Below the pieces are notes generated by a model. It was not told the DNA's origin and ran no database searches. It saw nothing but the letters and a program-made list of their open reading frames with translations. 64,000 nucleotides of DNA from NCBI GenBank assembly GCA_022510685.1, contig JAFLTA010000008.1, positions 13,786-77,785 on the forward strand, read 5' to 3'. The position numbers and the translations under genes are program-made. The stretch is from Lachnospiraceae bacterium (GTDB lineage Bacteria; Bacillota; Clostridia; Lachnospirales; Lachnospiraceae). This document shows, piece by piece, positions 1 through 9,649 of the stretch. Positions within the stretch are counted from its first letter, which is position 1; each line of letters opens with the position of its first letter.

Positions 1-612
1 TATATCGGAGCATCCGCATTGGAGGAGAGTGTAACGAGTATAGCCGGGTATGCAAAGCAGTTGCGGGAAAGCTCTCCGGATCTTTTGAATGGAGAGAAAA
101 CGGTACGCAGCGGTATCGGTGATGTAAGCACTAATGTAAAGAAACTGGCAGATGGCGGGAAGACATTATCCGGTAACAATAAGGCATTAAACGATGGTGC
201 CCAGTCAGTCATCGACAATTCCTCTGCCATAAAGAAAAACAGTAAGAAAATCACTTCTTCCAGTAAAACTTTGCGCAAAGGTGCTTCTGATATGGCGAAA
301 GGAACCAAAACGTTGTTTGCAGGTACCGGAAAGCTGGCAAAAGCAACCAATGCCTTGACGAAGGGAATCCGTAAGTTGTATGATGGTTCCGGGGATTTGC
401 ATGACGGTATTATAAAGTTTAAGAAGCAGGCTGTAGATAAGCTGACCTCAGCTGCTAACGATGTGAGCGACGAGGTAGGTGGGCTTACAGACCGTTTACA
501 CGGAATTCGGAATGCATCCAAAGAGTACCGGAGTTTTTCAGGGATTCCTGATGACATGGAAGGTAGTGTGAAATTTGTCTTATCAACGAAGGAAGTAAAG
601 GAAGAAGAATAG
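1..612 (+). CDS. 3' part of a YhgE/Pip-like protein with X-X-X-Leu-X-X-Gly heptad repeats (begins before the window)
   Basis: Repeated LxxG heptads (KLADGGKTLSGN, KLYDGSGDLHDG); C-terminal YRSFSG...GSVKF motif; followed by a TetR gene. Confidence 0.65.
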   Translation, partial: YIGASALEESVTSIAGYAKQLRESSPDLLNGEKTVRSGIGDVSTNVKKLADGGKTLSGNNKALNDGAQSVIDNSSAIKKNSKKITSSSKTLRKGASDMAKGTKTLFAGTGKLAKATNALTKGIRKLYDGSGDLHDGIIKFKKQAVDKLTSAANDVSDEVGGLTDRLHGIRNASKEYRSFSGIPDDMEGSVKFVLSTKEVKEEE

Positions 613-628
613 ACCGAAAGGTGAGTTT

Positions 629-1234
629 ATGGGAAAAATTGAAGATAAGAAGCGGGAGAAAAAAGAGGCATTACTTATCTCTGCTTTTGCATTGTTTACG
701 GAAAAAGGAATACAAAACACATCTATTTCCGAAATTGTCAAAGGTGCCAAAATGGCAAAGGGAACATTTTATCTGTATTATAAGGATAAATTTGACATCA
801 GGGATGAGTTGATTGCCAGACAGGCAAGTGCTCTGTTTGATAAGGCGAATGAGGAACTGAAACTTCATGAAGCGGAAAGCTGGAGTAGTCTGGAGGAAGG
901 GATTGTCGCTCTGGCAGACCACATTGCCGACCAGCTTAATGAAAATCAATTGCTTTTACGTTTTATCTCAAAAAATTTAAGCTGGGGTATTTTTTCTAAT
1001 ATCCGCATAGCCGGATTAGACAACCGTAACTGCATGGACATTTTTGAAGATTTACTGGAGCGCTCCGGCAGACAATTCCGCCAAAAACATCTCATGATAT
1101 ATATGATTGTTGAACTGGTAAATGCTACATGCTATAATGTTATATTACAGGAGCAACCGGTAACTTTGGAGGAATTAAAGCCGGACTTAAACCTTGCAAT
1201 CCGAAATCTTATAAAACAGTTTGAGGTGAGCTGA
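629..1234 (+). CDS. TetR/AcrR family transcriptional regulator
   Basis: N-terminal HTH: LFTEKGIQNTSISEIVKGAKMAKGTFYLYYKDK. Confidence 0.92.
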   Translation: MGKIEDKKREKKEALLISAFALFTEKGIQNTSISEIVKGAKMAKGTFYLYYKDKFDIRDELIARQASALFDKANEELKLHEAESWSSLEEGIVALADHIADQLNENQLLLRFISKNLSWGIFSNIRIAGLDNRNCMDIFEDLLERSGRQFRQKHLMIYMIVELVNATCYNVILQEQPVTLEELKPDLNLAIRNLIKQFEVS

Positions 1235-1275
1235 TACCATATTGGCATTACATCTAAAAGTAAATGGAGGTACTT

Positions 1276-2307
1276 ATGAGCGAAAATTTACAGGAGCTTG
1301 TAAATCAGCTGTTGACATTGGGAACACTGTCAGCAGAGCAGTTTACGTACCTTCTGCGTTTCCGTGATGCAGATACAACAGAATATCTGTTCCAAAAGGC
1401 AACGGAAGTGAAAATGCGTCAATTTGACAGAGGAGTTTATCTTTGGGGGAGATTGCCCTTTTCCAATTATTGTAAATATGACTGTAAATATTGTGGCTTA
1501 CAAAGGAGTAACCAATTTGTGAAGCGTTACCGCCTCGAGCTTCCGGATATACTTCATTATTGTCGTGAAGCATATAATCGCGGTGTGCGCAACTTTCTGT
1601 TGGAGAGTGGTGTGGATTTATTTTACACGGAAGAAAATCTGGCAAAGATTATCAGTGAGATTCATAAACATTTTTCGGACTGTGGCATCATTTTATCTGT
1701 GGGGGAACGAACAAAGGCTGCCTATGGGCACTGGTTTCATGCAGGTGCAGGTGCAGCTCTGATGAATCTGGGTACTTCCAATGATATACATTTCAAGAGA
1801 CTGCATCCCGGCAATATGTCCCTTTTAAAGCGAAAGCAATGTATGTGGGAGATGCAGGAACTGGGTTATCAGACAGGAACCGGTTTTCTGGTGGGGACGC
1901 CAAACCAGACAATGGAGCAGGTGGCGGAAGATTTGTTGTTTATGAAACAATTCAGTCCGAACATTGTAAGCGTATCCCCCTATTTGCCGGCAAATCATAC
2001 ATCTTTTGAAAAAGAGCGCAGTGGTAACGGGGAGATGGTATTGTATATCTTGGCGATTTTGCGCTTGATGCTCCCCGGTAGCTTCATTATTGCAGACACC
2101 AGCCTAGAGCAGACCATGCAAGAGGCGCGGCTAAAGACATTGGGGGCAGGTGCCAACGTGGTCATAGCGGATATTGTAGATGAGGTGATACGCGAAAAAT
2201 ATCAGGTTTATAACAGGCGCATTCTGCGCAGACAAACATCCGGAGATCATTCATTAACTACAGCAATTCAAAATGCCGGGTATCAGGTGGAAAGACGTCA
2301 CATATAG
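1276..2307 (+). CDS. Radical SAM protein, divergent HydE/BioB-like
   Basis: CxxxCxxC (SNYCKYDCKYCG), RYRL, GTGFLVG and GANVV motifs as in HydE; GGAGG RBS before ATG 1276. Confidence 0.8.
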   Translation: MSENLQELVNQLLTLGTLSAEQFTYLLRFRDADTTEYLFQKATEVKMRQFDRGVYLWGRLPFSNYCKYDCKYCGLQRSNQFVKRYRLELPDILHYCREAYNRGVRNFLLESGVDLFYTEENLAKIISEIHKHFSDCGIILSVGERTKAAYGHWFHAGAGAALMNLGTSNDIHFKRLHPGNMSLLKRKQCMWEMQELGYQTGTGFLVGTPNQTMEQVAEDLLFMKQFSPNIVSVSPYLPANHTSFEKERSGNGEMVLYILAILRLMLPGSFIIADTSLEQTMQEARLKTLGAGANVVIADIVDEVIREKYQVYNRRILRRQTSGDHSLTTAIQNAGYQVERRHI

Positions 2308-2364
2308 CAGTCAGGGACTCATCAGGGTTCTGATTGCACCATCATGCCGGGACAGGGTGAATAC

Positions 2365-3156
2365 ATGAAAGATAAGGAATTATTGATTTGTGCCGCTAGT
2401 GACATATGGTTGGAGCGAGTCATTAGCGGACTGGGTGAAACCGGCATTACTGTCGTCACGTGTAAGGCTCCGGAGCAGCTTTGGGAAGCTCCGGTAGATA
2501 GTTTGGGAATTCTAATCAGTTTAGAGGAAATCTTTAGTCTGCATGATTGGTTATATATCAAAGACTTCTATGAACCAAGACAATCTCAAATGCATTTCGT
2601 ACAAAATTCAATGTTGGAAACCAATAACAATGAAAAATTACAAAAAATATTTTTAATAAAAAATATGGTACAAAAGCTTTGCCGTATTCAGAAGTGCCCT
2701 GTTTTCATCGTGCTTGAAGGAAGGGAGGATGAGTCAGAGCTTGCCTGTTTGCAGGCGGGAGCGGCAGAATGTGTCTCCATGACACAAGCCGTGCCATTGG
2801 CGATTGAACGTATCGGACGAAAATTGATAGAAAATGTCGACGAAGAAAGTGCAATATTGTGCTGGAATCGTGTTATATTAGACCGGAAAAAGCAAAAGCT
2901 TCAAGTGGGAAACAGGTGCTGTTATTTGTCCGGGAGAGAGTATAAGGTGTTAATCGAATTGTTGCAGGCACGAGGGGAAGTAGTGTCGCGAAACCGGCTT
3001 GCCACGGTGCTTTGGGGAGAAGACGGCAGCAGACAGCACCGCAATCTGGATGCCGTGATGAGGTCTCTCAGAAATCGTTTGAAGGATGTGGAACTGGAAA
3101 TTGCAACGCGCTATCGAGAAGGATATTATCTTCCGGAAAGTATGGAAAATAATTGA
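2365..3156 (+). CDS. OmpR/PhoB-type winged-helix regulator with degenerate (pseudo) receiver domain
   Basis: C-terminal LSGREYKVL...VVSRNRL...VLWG...RNLDAVMRSLRNRL...GYYL; N-terminus lacks the acidic pocket and KP motif. Confidence 0.75.
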   Translation: MKDKELLICAASDIWLERVISGLGETGITVVTCKAPEQLWEAPVDSLGILISLEEIFSLHDWLYIKDFYEPRQSQMHFVQNSMLETNNNEKLQKIFLIKNMVQKLCRIQKCPVFIVLEGREDESELACLQAGAAECVSMTQAVPLAIERIGRKLIENVDEESAILCWNRVILDRKKQKLQVGNRCCYLSGREYKVLIELLQARGEVVSRNRLATVLWGEDGSRQHRNLDAVMRSLRNRLKDVELEIATRYREGYYLPESMENN

Positions 3157-3188
3157 CTGGACGAATGTGAAAAAATAGGGTAAAATAG

Positions 3189-3233
3189 TCTATATATAGT
3201 TGGTCTATTATAAATAGACCAACTATATATAGA
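3189..3233. repeat. Perfect 21-bp inverted repeat with 3-nt loop
   Basis: TCTATATATAGTTGGTCTATT-ATA-AATAGACCAACTATATATAGA. Confidence 0.95.
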
Positions 3234-3276
3234 TATATGACACCGAAGTGAGACCTTAAATTTCAGGAGGAAATTC

Positions 3277-3738
3277 ATGTACGGTATTCATCAAGGTAAC
3301 TATAAAGACGCAGCCTATTTTCAGGGAGAAAGGATTATGGTGGTGGATGACAGTGAAACCAGTTTGGAAATGCTCGATTTAATCTTGAAAGACTTTGGGC
3401 TGGCACCGGATATATTTATAAACGGTGGTCAGGCATTAAAGCAATTTTTCAGGAAAAATGAGTTTTATTACCACTTTATTCTGATAGATATCAATATGTA
3501 TGGAGTGGATGGCTATGAAACTATAAAACAGATTCGTTCTTGCACGCGAAAAGATGGAAAAAGTATTCCTATTTTTGTTATGACCGCAGAACTTATGGAC
3601 ACGGACAGTAAAATGTTTGAGGAATATGGTATCAATGGTCATATTGATAAACCGGTAAATTTTCATATCTTGTATCAAAAAATCAAAGAAGAATTTGAGA
3701 GAAAGAAAAATGAGGTGAAAAAAACTTGGAATTTTTAG
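3277..3738 (+). CDS. Single-domain response regulator receiver
   Basis: IMVVDD, ILIDINM (phospho-Asp), VMTA and DKP all intact; AGGAGG RBS. Confidence 0.9.
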   Translation: MYGIHQGNYKDAAYFQGERIMVVDDSETSLEMLDLILKDFGLAPDIFINGGQALKQFFRKNEFYYHFILIDINMYGVDGYETIKQIRSCTRKDGKSIPIFVMTAELMDTDSKMFEEYGINGHIDKPVNFHILYQKIKEEFERKKNEVKKTWNF

Positions 3739-4355
3739 TGAACCAGGAGCAGACAGGAATTTTGGTAAGCACAGGAGAGTTCTCTAATCTGGAAAGCGAC
3801 AGTCTCGAAAAACACATTATACTTCTTCAGGAACACTTCCTGTTTAATGCTCTAAATACAATTAAAGGAGCTGTTATCTTAAAGCGAAGTGAGGCTTTAA
3901 AATTAGTGGATGACTTTGCAGTATGCTTGCGATATCAGTTTCAATGCATTCGCTCAACGGATAAAATGCCCCTGTCTAATGAATGCAAATTCTTACAATT
4001 CTACATTTCTTTAGAGCAAATGCGCTTCCCGGGACTTTCTGTGGAATGGGATGTGCAGGAAGCACCTATCTTTGTTCCCCCAATGTGTACATCCCTTTTA
4101 TTATCGAAAAGTATTCAAGAATGTCTGGCATCACCGGAAAGAAAGGTGAAAATCGCCGGAAAGTTGGAACATGATAATTATGTTTTTCAAATTTGGAATT
4201 CTGTGGATGAGGAACACAATGCTTTTGGTGAAACGATAGAACAGACACGGAAAACAGTGGCTCTTTGGTGCGAATTGCAATCTAAAGCAAAGTTATGTTG
4301 GGAAAAACGTGGAGAAGGGATTCTGTTGACAGCACGCATTCCAAGGATGGAGTAA
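3726..4355 (+). CDS. Sensor-less LytS/YehU-type histidine kinase with degenerate ATPase domain
   Basis: H-box EHFLFNALNTI and YISLEQMRF present; N, G1 and G2 boxes not recognisable; GAGGTG RBS before TTG. Confidence 0.75.
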   Translation: MEFLVNQEQTGILVSTGEFSNLESDSLEKHIILLQEHFLFNALNTIKGAVILKRSEALKLVDDFAVCLRYQFQCIRSTDKMPLSNECKFLQFYISLEQMRFPGLSVEWDVQEAPIFVPPMCTSLLLSKSIQECLASPERKVKIAGKLEHDNYVFQIWNSVDEEHNAFGETIEQTRKTVALWCELQSKAKLCWEKRGEGILLTARIPRME

Positions 4356-4369
4356 GGTGGTGGTTGTAA

Positions 4370-5158
4370 GTGAAAATGATTGTCGTCGATGATGAACCAA
4401 TGTCTATTGAAGTATTAAAATATGAGGTCAACAAATTCGCATATGTAGAGGTTGTAGGAGAGTTTACATGTGGGGTGGATGCCTTAGAATACGCAAAAGT
4501 TCAGCCGGTTGATATTGCGGTATTGGATATTCAGATGTGTGGAATGGACGGACTGCAGTTGGGTCAGCAGTTGAAAAAAATGCATCCTTCCATATTACTG
4601 GTATATTTGTCAGCATATGAGAATTATGCAAGTCAAGTAGTGAAATTACAGGCAGAAGCGTATCTGACCAAACCGGTATCTTCCGGAGAACTGGAATTCG
4701 TTCTGGAAATCGCTTTTCAAAAAATAGTCAGTCAAAATAAACGGATTTTTGCCCGTACATTTGGTCATTTTGATTTGTATGTGGACGGAAAACCGATTAT
4801 GTTTCGCAGCGCCAAGGCGAAAGAGTTGTTGGCACTGTTAATTGACAGAGAGGGAGGAACGGTAACAACGGAACAGATCATATGTACATTATGGGAGGAC
4901 CGACCTAATGATGAGGCGACACAGAGCCTTTGCAGCAAGGTTGGGAAAACATTGGAAAAAGAATTGCAGATGCATCGTGCGGAAGAATTAGTAGTTTCCG
5001 CCAGAGGTGTCAAGCGCCTCAATACAGATGTGTTAGAGTGCGATTTATATCAGTTGTTGAAACGGGATACGACGGCAACCGATAAATTTCTTGGGGAATA
5101 TATGCTGGAATACAGTTGGGCAGAAAACAGAATGGCGTTATTAGAACGGTATCTATAG
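4370..5158 (+). CDS. Response regulator with SARP-like winged-helix output
   Basis: VVDDEP, LDIQM, YLTKP receiver; C-terminal RTFGHFDLYVDGKPIMFRSAKAKELLALL. Confidence 0.88.
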   Translation: MKMIVVDDEPMSIEVLKYEVNKFAYVEVVGEFTCGVDALEYAKVQPVDIAVLDIQMCGMDGLQLGQQLKKMHPSILLVYLSAYENYASQVVKLQAEAYLTKPVSSGELEFVLEIAFQKIVSQNKRIFARTFGHFDLYVDGKPIMFRSAKAKELLALLIDREGGTVTTEQIICTLWEDRPNDEATQSLCSKVGKTLEKELQMHRAEELVVSARGVKRLNTDVLECDLYQLLKRDTTATDKFLGEYMLEYSWAENRMALLERYL

Positions 5159-5422
5159 GACATAGATGCCGTTTTTTTACGTTATGCTCCCATAATTTTC
5201 TTTGTTTAATGCATAAATAGAGGGGATTCGCCTGATTATCAGAAAAAGTGCAACCTCTCAACAATTAGTCTGCTATTATTCCATAAACTTCCAGCAATTC
5301 CACTTCAATTCCATTTCTATTCCATGCTAATTCGGGTTTTCTTTCTATAATCAGACATGAAACTATAAAAAGAAAATGAATTGTCGATTTGACAGAATGA
5401 ATTTGAATAGGAGGACAGGAAA

Positions 5423-6343
5423 ATGGACAAGGAAATTCGGGTATTACTGGCAGACAATAATGTACAGGATAGAGAAAGTAAAAAGCGATTGTTGGAAGAA
5501 CAGGGGATAACCGTGATTTTTGATACAGGTGATGGAAAAAAGGCACTGGAGAAAATTAGACAATATAGCCCGGATGTTGTTGTAATGGATATGATTTTGC
5601 CGGGAATTGACGGATTGGGCATATTAGAAGAATGTCATGATATGGGAGAAACACGTCCGTATTTTATCGTGGCGACAGCATTGCGTCAGGGGAGCATGAT
5701 TGAGCAGGCAATTGCACAGGGGGTACACTACTACATGATGAAACCGGTATCTGCAGCCATGCTGATAAAGCGTATTAAACAAATTGTCCAGGGCAGCAGC
5801 GAGGAAAGTACATCTATTACAGGACAAGCCTTTCATGGGATTATTGCAGGAGACAATGAAACAGAGCAGACAGAAAAACACCAAAACACAAGTTGGACAA
5901 GCCATGAGAGAGGTGCGGAGGCTATTGGTTCGGAAGGAGACCGGGAGGTTGCGGCATCGGAAAGCCATGGAAAGTATACCGGGGATTTGGAGATGGATAT
6001 CACCAACATATTACTTGAAATCGGAATGCCGGCACATATCAAGGGATACCAGTACATCAGGGAGGGGATTATGATGTCCTATGCAGACCCCAATATGTTG
6101 CACTACATTACCAAATTTTTGTATCCCGGCATTGCTAAAAAATATCATACTACATCCAGTAGTGTAGAGCGCACCATACGTCATGCGATAGAAGTGGCAT
6201 GGCGACGCGGCAATATGGAGACTTTGGAGGAAGTGTTTGGCAATACCATATCTGCCAACAAGGGAAAGCCAACGAATTCCGAGTTCATGGCGTTGCTTAC
6301 CGATAAAATCCGTTTGGAATATCGTATGCGTCAGGCGTCCTAA
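5423..6343 (+). CDS. spo0A: Sporulation master regulator Spo0A (or paralog)
   Basis: Receiver plus Spo0A_C: [15 protein letters not shown]...[28 protein letters not shown]...KPTNSEFMA. Confidence 0.92.
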   Translation: MDKEIRVLLADNNVQDRESKKRLLEEQGITVIFDTGDGKKALEKIRQYSPDVVVMDMILPGIDGLGILEECHDMGETRPYFIVATALRQGSMIEQAIAQGVHYYMMKPVSAAMLIKRIKQIVQGSSEESTSITGQAFHGIIAGDNETEQTEKHQNTSWTSHERGAEAIGSEGDREVAASESHGKYTGDLEMDITNILLEIGMPAHIKGYQYIREGIMMSYADPNMLHYITKFLYPGIAKKYHTTSSSVERTIRHAIEVAWRRGNMETLEEVFGNTISANKGKPTNSEFMALLTDKIRLEYRMRQAS

Positions 6344-6354
6344 CAGGGCAAAAC

Positions 6355-6384
6355 TTGACGGAATAAGGCAATATAAGGTATAGT
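6355..6384 (+). promoter_or_regulatory. Putative sigma-A promoter of citrate synthase
   Basis: TTGACG-N18-TATAGT. Confidence 0.5.
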
Positions 6385-6553
6385 AATAGAGTTATCGCAT
6401 TTTGATAGCTCTATTTCTTACGGTATAAGAAACATTTTTAGAGCATAAAAGGCATACAGGTACACATGCATATATGGAAACAATACAAATAAAGACATTA
6501 CTTAGAGTGAAACATATGCCACAGGGGGGTTGTGGAGAAAAGGAGGTACCATC

Positions 6554-7930
6554 ATGAAGACTTATTCAATGATGTCAATTGATGAAGCATTGGATGCTAA
6601 GTTTAATGAGCTGGTTGTCAGTTGTATGAAGTCGGGTGCCATCGATTTGAATTTATATCAGGAATACGATGTGAAACGTGGGCTTCGTGATAGTAGCGGA
6701 AAGGGAGTTTTAACCGGTCTGACGGAAATTTCTGACGTTACCGGTTATCGTATAGTAGATGGGGTAAAAGAAGCGGCAGACGGCATGTTGTATTATCAGG
6801 GATACGATGTAAAGCAATTGGTAGGTTCCGGGATTGATAAAAGATTTGCTTTCGAGGAGACAACGTATTTGTTGCTGTTTGGTCATCTGCCAAATGAGGA
6901 GCAGTTGGAAGTATTCCGTGGTATTTTATCGGGGCTACAGGAGCTTTCCGGTCAGTTTGTCCGGGATGTCATAATGAAAGCACCCAGTGCCAATCTGATG
7001 AACGGTCTGCAAAAGAGTGTGTTGACTTTGTACTCTTATGATGCCAATCCGGATGATATTTCCGTGCCGAATGTACTTCGTCAGTCGTTACAGTTGATTG
7101 CAAAGCTGCCGATGATTTCGGTATATAATTATCACGCTTATCGGCATTTTCACTATTTTGACAGTCTGGTAATTAAGCCGGCACTCAAAGAATTATCCAT
7201 TGCAGAAAATATATTGCAGATGTTACGTCCGGATGGTCAATACACGCCATTGGAGGCGAGGGTATTGGATGCAGCATTGGTACTTCATGCAGAGCATGGT
7301 GGTGGTAACAACTCTACATTTACAAACCATGTGGTAACCTCGTCGGGGACGGATACATATTCTGCAGTGGCGGCATCCATTGGTTCCCTCAAGGGTCCGC
7401 GTCACGGTGGTGCAAATCTGAAAGTACAACAGATGTTTGCCGATTTGCGGGAAAATTGCAGGGATATCAAAGATGAGGGTGCATTGCGGGAATATCTGCA
7501 GGATATTTTGGACCGCAAGGCATTCGATGCAACCGGATTGATTTATGGTATGGGTCATGCAGTATACACGCTGTCTGATCCGAGAGAGGTAGTGCTGAAA
7601 GAGTATGCCCGCAGACTGGCAGACAGCAAGGATATGATGGATGATTTTATTCTGTATGATACGGTAGAGCGTATCGCAGCAGAGTTGTTATCCAACCGCA
7701 ATCACATTGTCAAGCCGATTTGTGCCAATGTAGATTTCTACACAGGTTTTATATATACGATGTTGGGAATTCCGGAGGAAATGTTTACACCGATTTTTGC
7801 TATTTCCCGTATTGCCGGATGGAGCGCCCACCGATTGGAAGAATTGGTAAACCGTGGAAAAATCATTCGTCCTGCCTATAAATATGTAGGACACCATAGA
7901 GAATACAAGAAAGTGGATGATAGGGAGTAA
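6554..7930 (+). CDS. gltA: Citrate synthase
   Basis: LHAEHGGGNNSTF, GPRHGGAN, GMGHAVY, ANVDFY, IIRP; AGGAGG RBS before ATG 6554. Confidence 0.93.
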   Translation: MKTYSMMSIDEALDAKFNELVVSCMKSGAIDLNLYQEYDVKRGLRDSSGKGVLTGLTEISDVTGYRIVDGVKEAADGMLYYQGYDVKQLVGSGIDKRFAFEETTYLLLFGHLPNEEQLEVFRGILSGLQELSGQFVRDVIMKAPSANLMNGLQKSVLTLYSYDANPDDISVPNVLRQSLQLIAKLPMISVYNYHAYRHFHYFDSLVIKPALKELSIAENILQMLRPDGQYTPLEARVLDAALVLHAEHGGGNNSTFTNHVVTSSGTDTYSAVAASIGSLKGPRHGGANLKVQQMFADLRENCRDIKDEGALREYLQDILDRKAFDATGLIYGMGHAVYTLSDPREVVLKEYARRLADSKDMMDDFILYDTVERIAAELLSNRNHIVKPICANVDFYTGFIYTMLGIPEEMFTPIFAISRIAGWSAHRLEELVNRGKIIRPAYKYVGHHREYKKVDDRE

Positions 7931-8009
7931 CTGAGAACGAAGATGCAGGCTGTGGAATGCAGCCGGCGTCAGATATACCGAAACGCTGTATGCGGGAAAG
8001 AGGATTACA

Positions 8010-9554
8010 ATGATAACATTATCGCAGTCCAGTATGGTGGCAATCTTAATTGCATTTGCAGCATATTTATGTTTTATGATTGCCGTTGGTGCATGGTGTA
8101 TGCGCAGGACAAAAAGTACGGAAGATTATTTTTTAGGGGGCAGAGGCTTAAACAGTTGGGTAGCAGCGCTGTCAGCCCAGGCATCTGACATGAGCGGATG
8201 GCTTCTCATGGGACTTCCCGGTTCCATTTATGCACTGGGAACCGGACAGTCATGGATTGCCATTGGATTGTTCTTGGGAACTGTCTGCAACTGGCTGTTG
8301 ATTTCAAAGAGACTGCGCCGCTATACAATTGTGGCAAACAATTCTATGACATTGCCGGAATTTTTTGAAAATCGTTTTCATGATACCAAAAAGATATTGC
8401 TGACGATTTCTTCTATTGTAATTGTTATATTCTTTTTAGTGTATACGGCATCGGCACTGGCTTCCGGCGGAAAATTATTTAATACGGTATTCGGTATCGA
8501 TTACCATATTGCATTGGCAATCGGTGCAGCCGTTATTCTGACATATACATTTATGGGTGGCTTTCTGGCAGTGTGTACTACGGATTTCATTCAGGGAACG
8601 CTTATGTTGATTGGACTTTTGACGGTACCGATTTTAGCGTTTGCATTTGTCAGTGGTGATTTTGCATCCAATATTAATCAGACAAATGTGGCGGGTGGCT
8701 ATGAAAGTTATATGAGTCTCATCCAAAACGGAGAAAGACCATATACCATAATCGAGATTTTATCCCAGCTTGCATGGGGGTTAGGTTACTGTGGAATGCC
8801 GCATATTTTAGTACGTTTTATGGCGGTTAAGAGTGAAAAAGAAATCAAAAAATCCAGCATTATTGCGATTTCATGGTGTTTTCTGTCTCTGTTGGCTGCC
8901 TGTATTATCGGTGTGGTAGGTAGAGCGTATCTGGTAGACAATGTGCTCACCGATGCACAGACGGAAAGCGTATTTATCGTGTTGATTCAAAGCGTGTTTA
9001 CCAAGAACATTGCCCTTCCGTTTATCGCAGGTCTTTTCCTCTGCGGTATCCTGGCGGCGATTATGTCAACAGCAGATTCTCAGTTGCTTGTATGTGCATC
9101 CTCTGTATCCAAGGATATTTATAAAAATATTATCAAACCGGATGCCGATGATAAAAAAGTATTGCGCATTAGTCGTGCAACAGTAATAGTAGTGGCTGTT
9201 TTAGCATTTTTAATCGCGTGGGATCCCAACAGCAGTATCATGGGACTTGTGTCCGATGCATGGGCAGGACTTGGCTCTGCTTTCGGTCCGGCAGTGGTTT
9301 TGGCATTATTCTGGAAACGTGCAAATCTGCCGGGTACAGTAGCGGGAATTATAACGGGTGGATTAACGGTTATTATTTGGGACTATATTCCTCTTGTAGG
9401 TGGAGAGACAATCGCAACTGCCACGGCAGTATATTCCCTACTGGTTGGATTTTTCCTGAGTCTGTTGGTCAATGTGGTTGTAAGCCTGTGTACCAAAGCG
9501 CCGGATGCATCCATTGTAGAAGAATTTGAAAAAGTAAATCAATATCAAGATTAA
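8010..9554 (+). CDS. putP: Sodium/proline symporter
   Basis: DYFLGGR, ALSAQASDMSGWLLMGLPG, AAIMSTADSQLL; many TM segments. Confidence 0.92.
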   Translation: MITLSQSSMVAILIAFAAYLCFMIAVGAWCMRRTKSTEDYFLGGRGLNSWVAALSAQASDMSGWLLMGLPGSIYALGTGQSWIAIGLFLGTVCNWLLISKRLRRYTIVANNSMTLPEFFENRFHDTKKILLTISSIVIVIFFLVYTASALASGGKLFNTVFGIDYHIALAIGAAVILTYTFMGGFLAVCTTDFIQGTLMLIGLLTVPILAFAFVSGDFASNINQTNVAGGYESYMSLIQNGERPYTIIEILSQLAWGLGYCGMPHILVRFMAVKSEKEIKKSSIIAISWCFLSLLAACIIGVVGRAYLVDNVLTDAQTESVFIVLIQSVFTKNIALPFIAGLFLCGILAAIMSTADSQLLVCASSVSKDIYKNIIKPDADDKKVLRISRATVIVVAVLAFLIAWDPNSSIMGLVSDAWAGLGSAFGPAVVLALFWKRANLPGTVAGIITGGLTVIIWDYIPLVGGETIATATAVYSLLVGFFLSLLVNVVVSLCTKAPDASIVEEFEKVNQYQD

Positions 9555-9564
9555 GACTGCTTTT

Positions 9565-9593
9565 GAATAAAATAAAAATCATCTGCCATACTA
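9565..9593 (+). promoter_or_regulatory. Putative sigma-G (forespore) promoter
   Basis: GAATA-N17-CATACTA upstream of the lipoprotein gene. Confidence 0.45.
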
Positions 9594-9649
9594 AACAATG
9601 TAAAATATTTGAGTCTTATACAGGACTTCAGAAAGGTATGGTGAATGCT

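Noticed and set aside
5370-5400. 0A box and sigma-H promoter upstream of spo0A
   Set aside because: TGTCGAT is a one-mismatch match and the sigma-H -35 is poor; plausible but not supportable from sequence alone.
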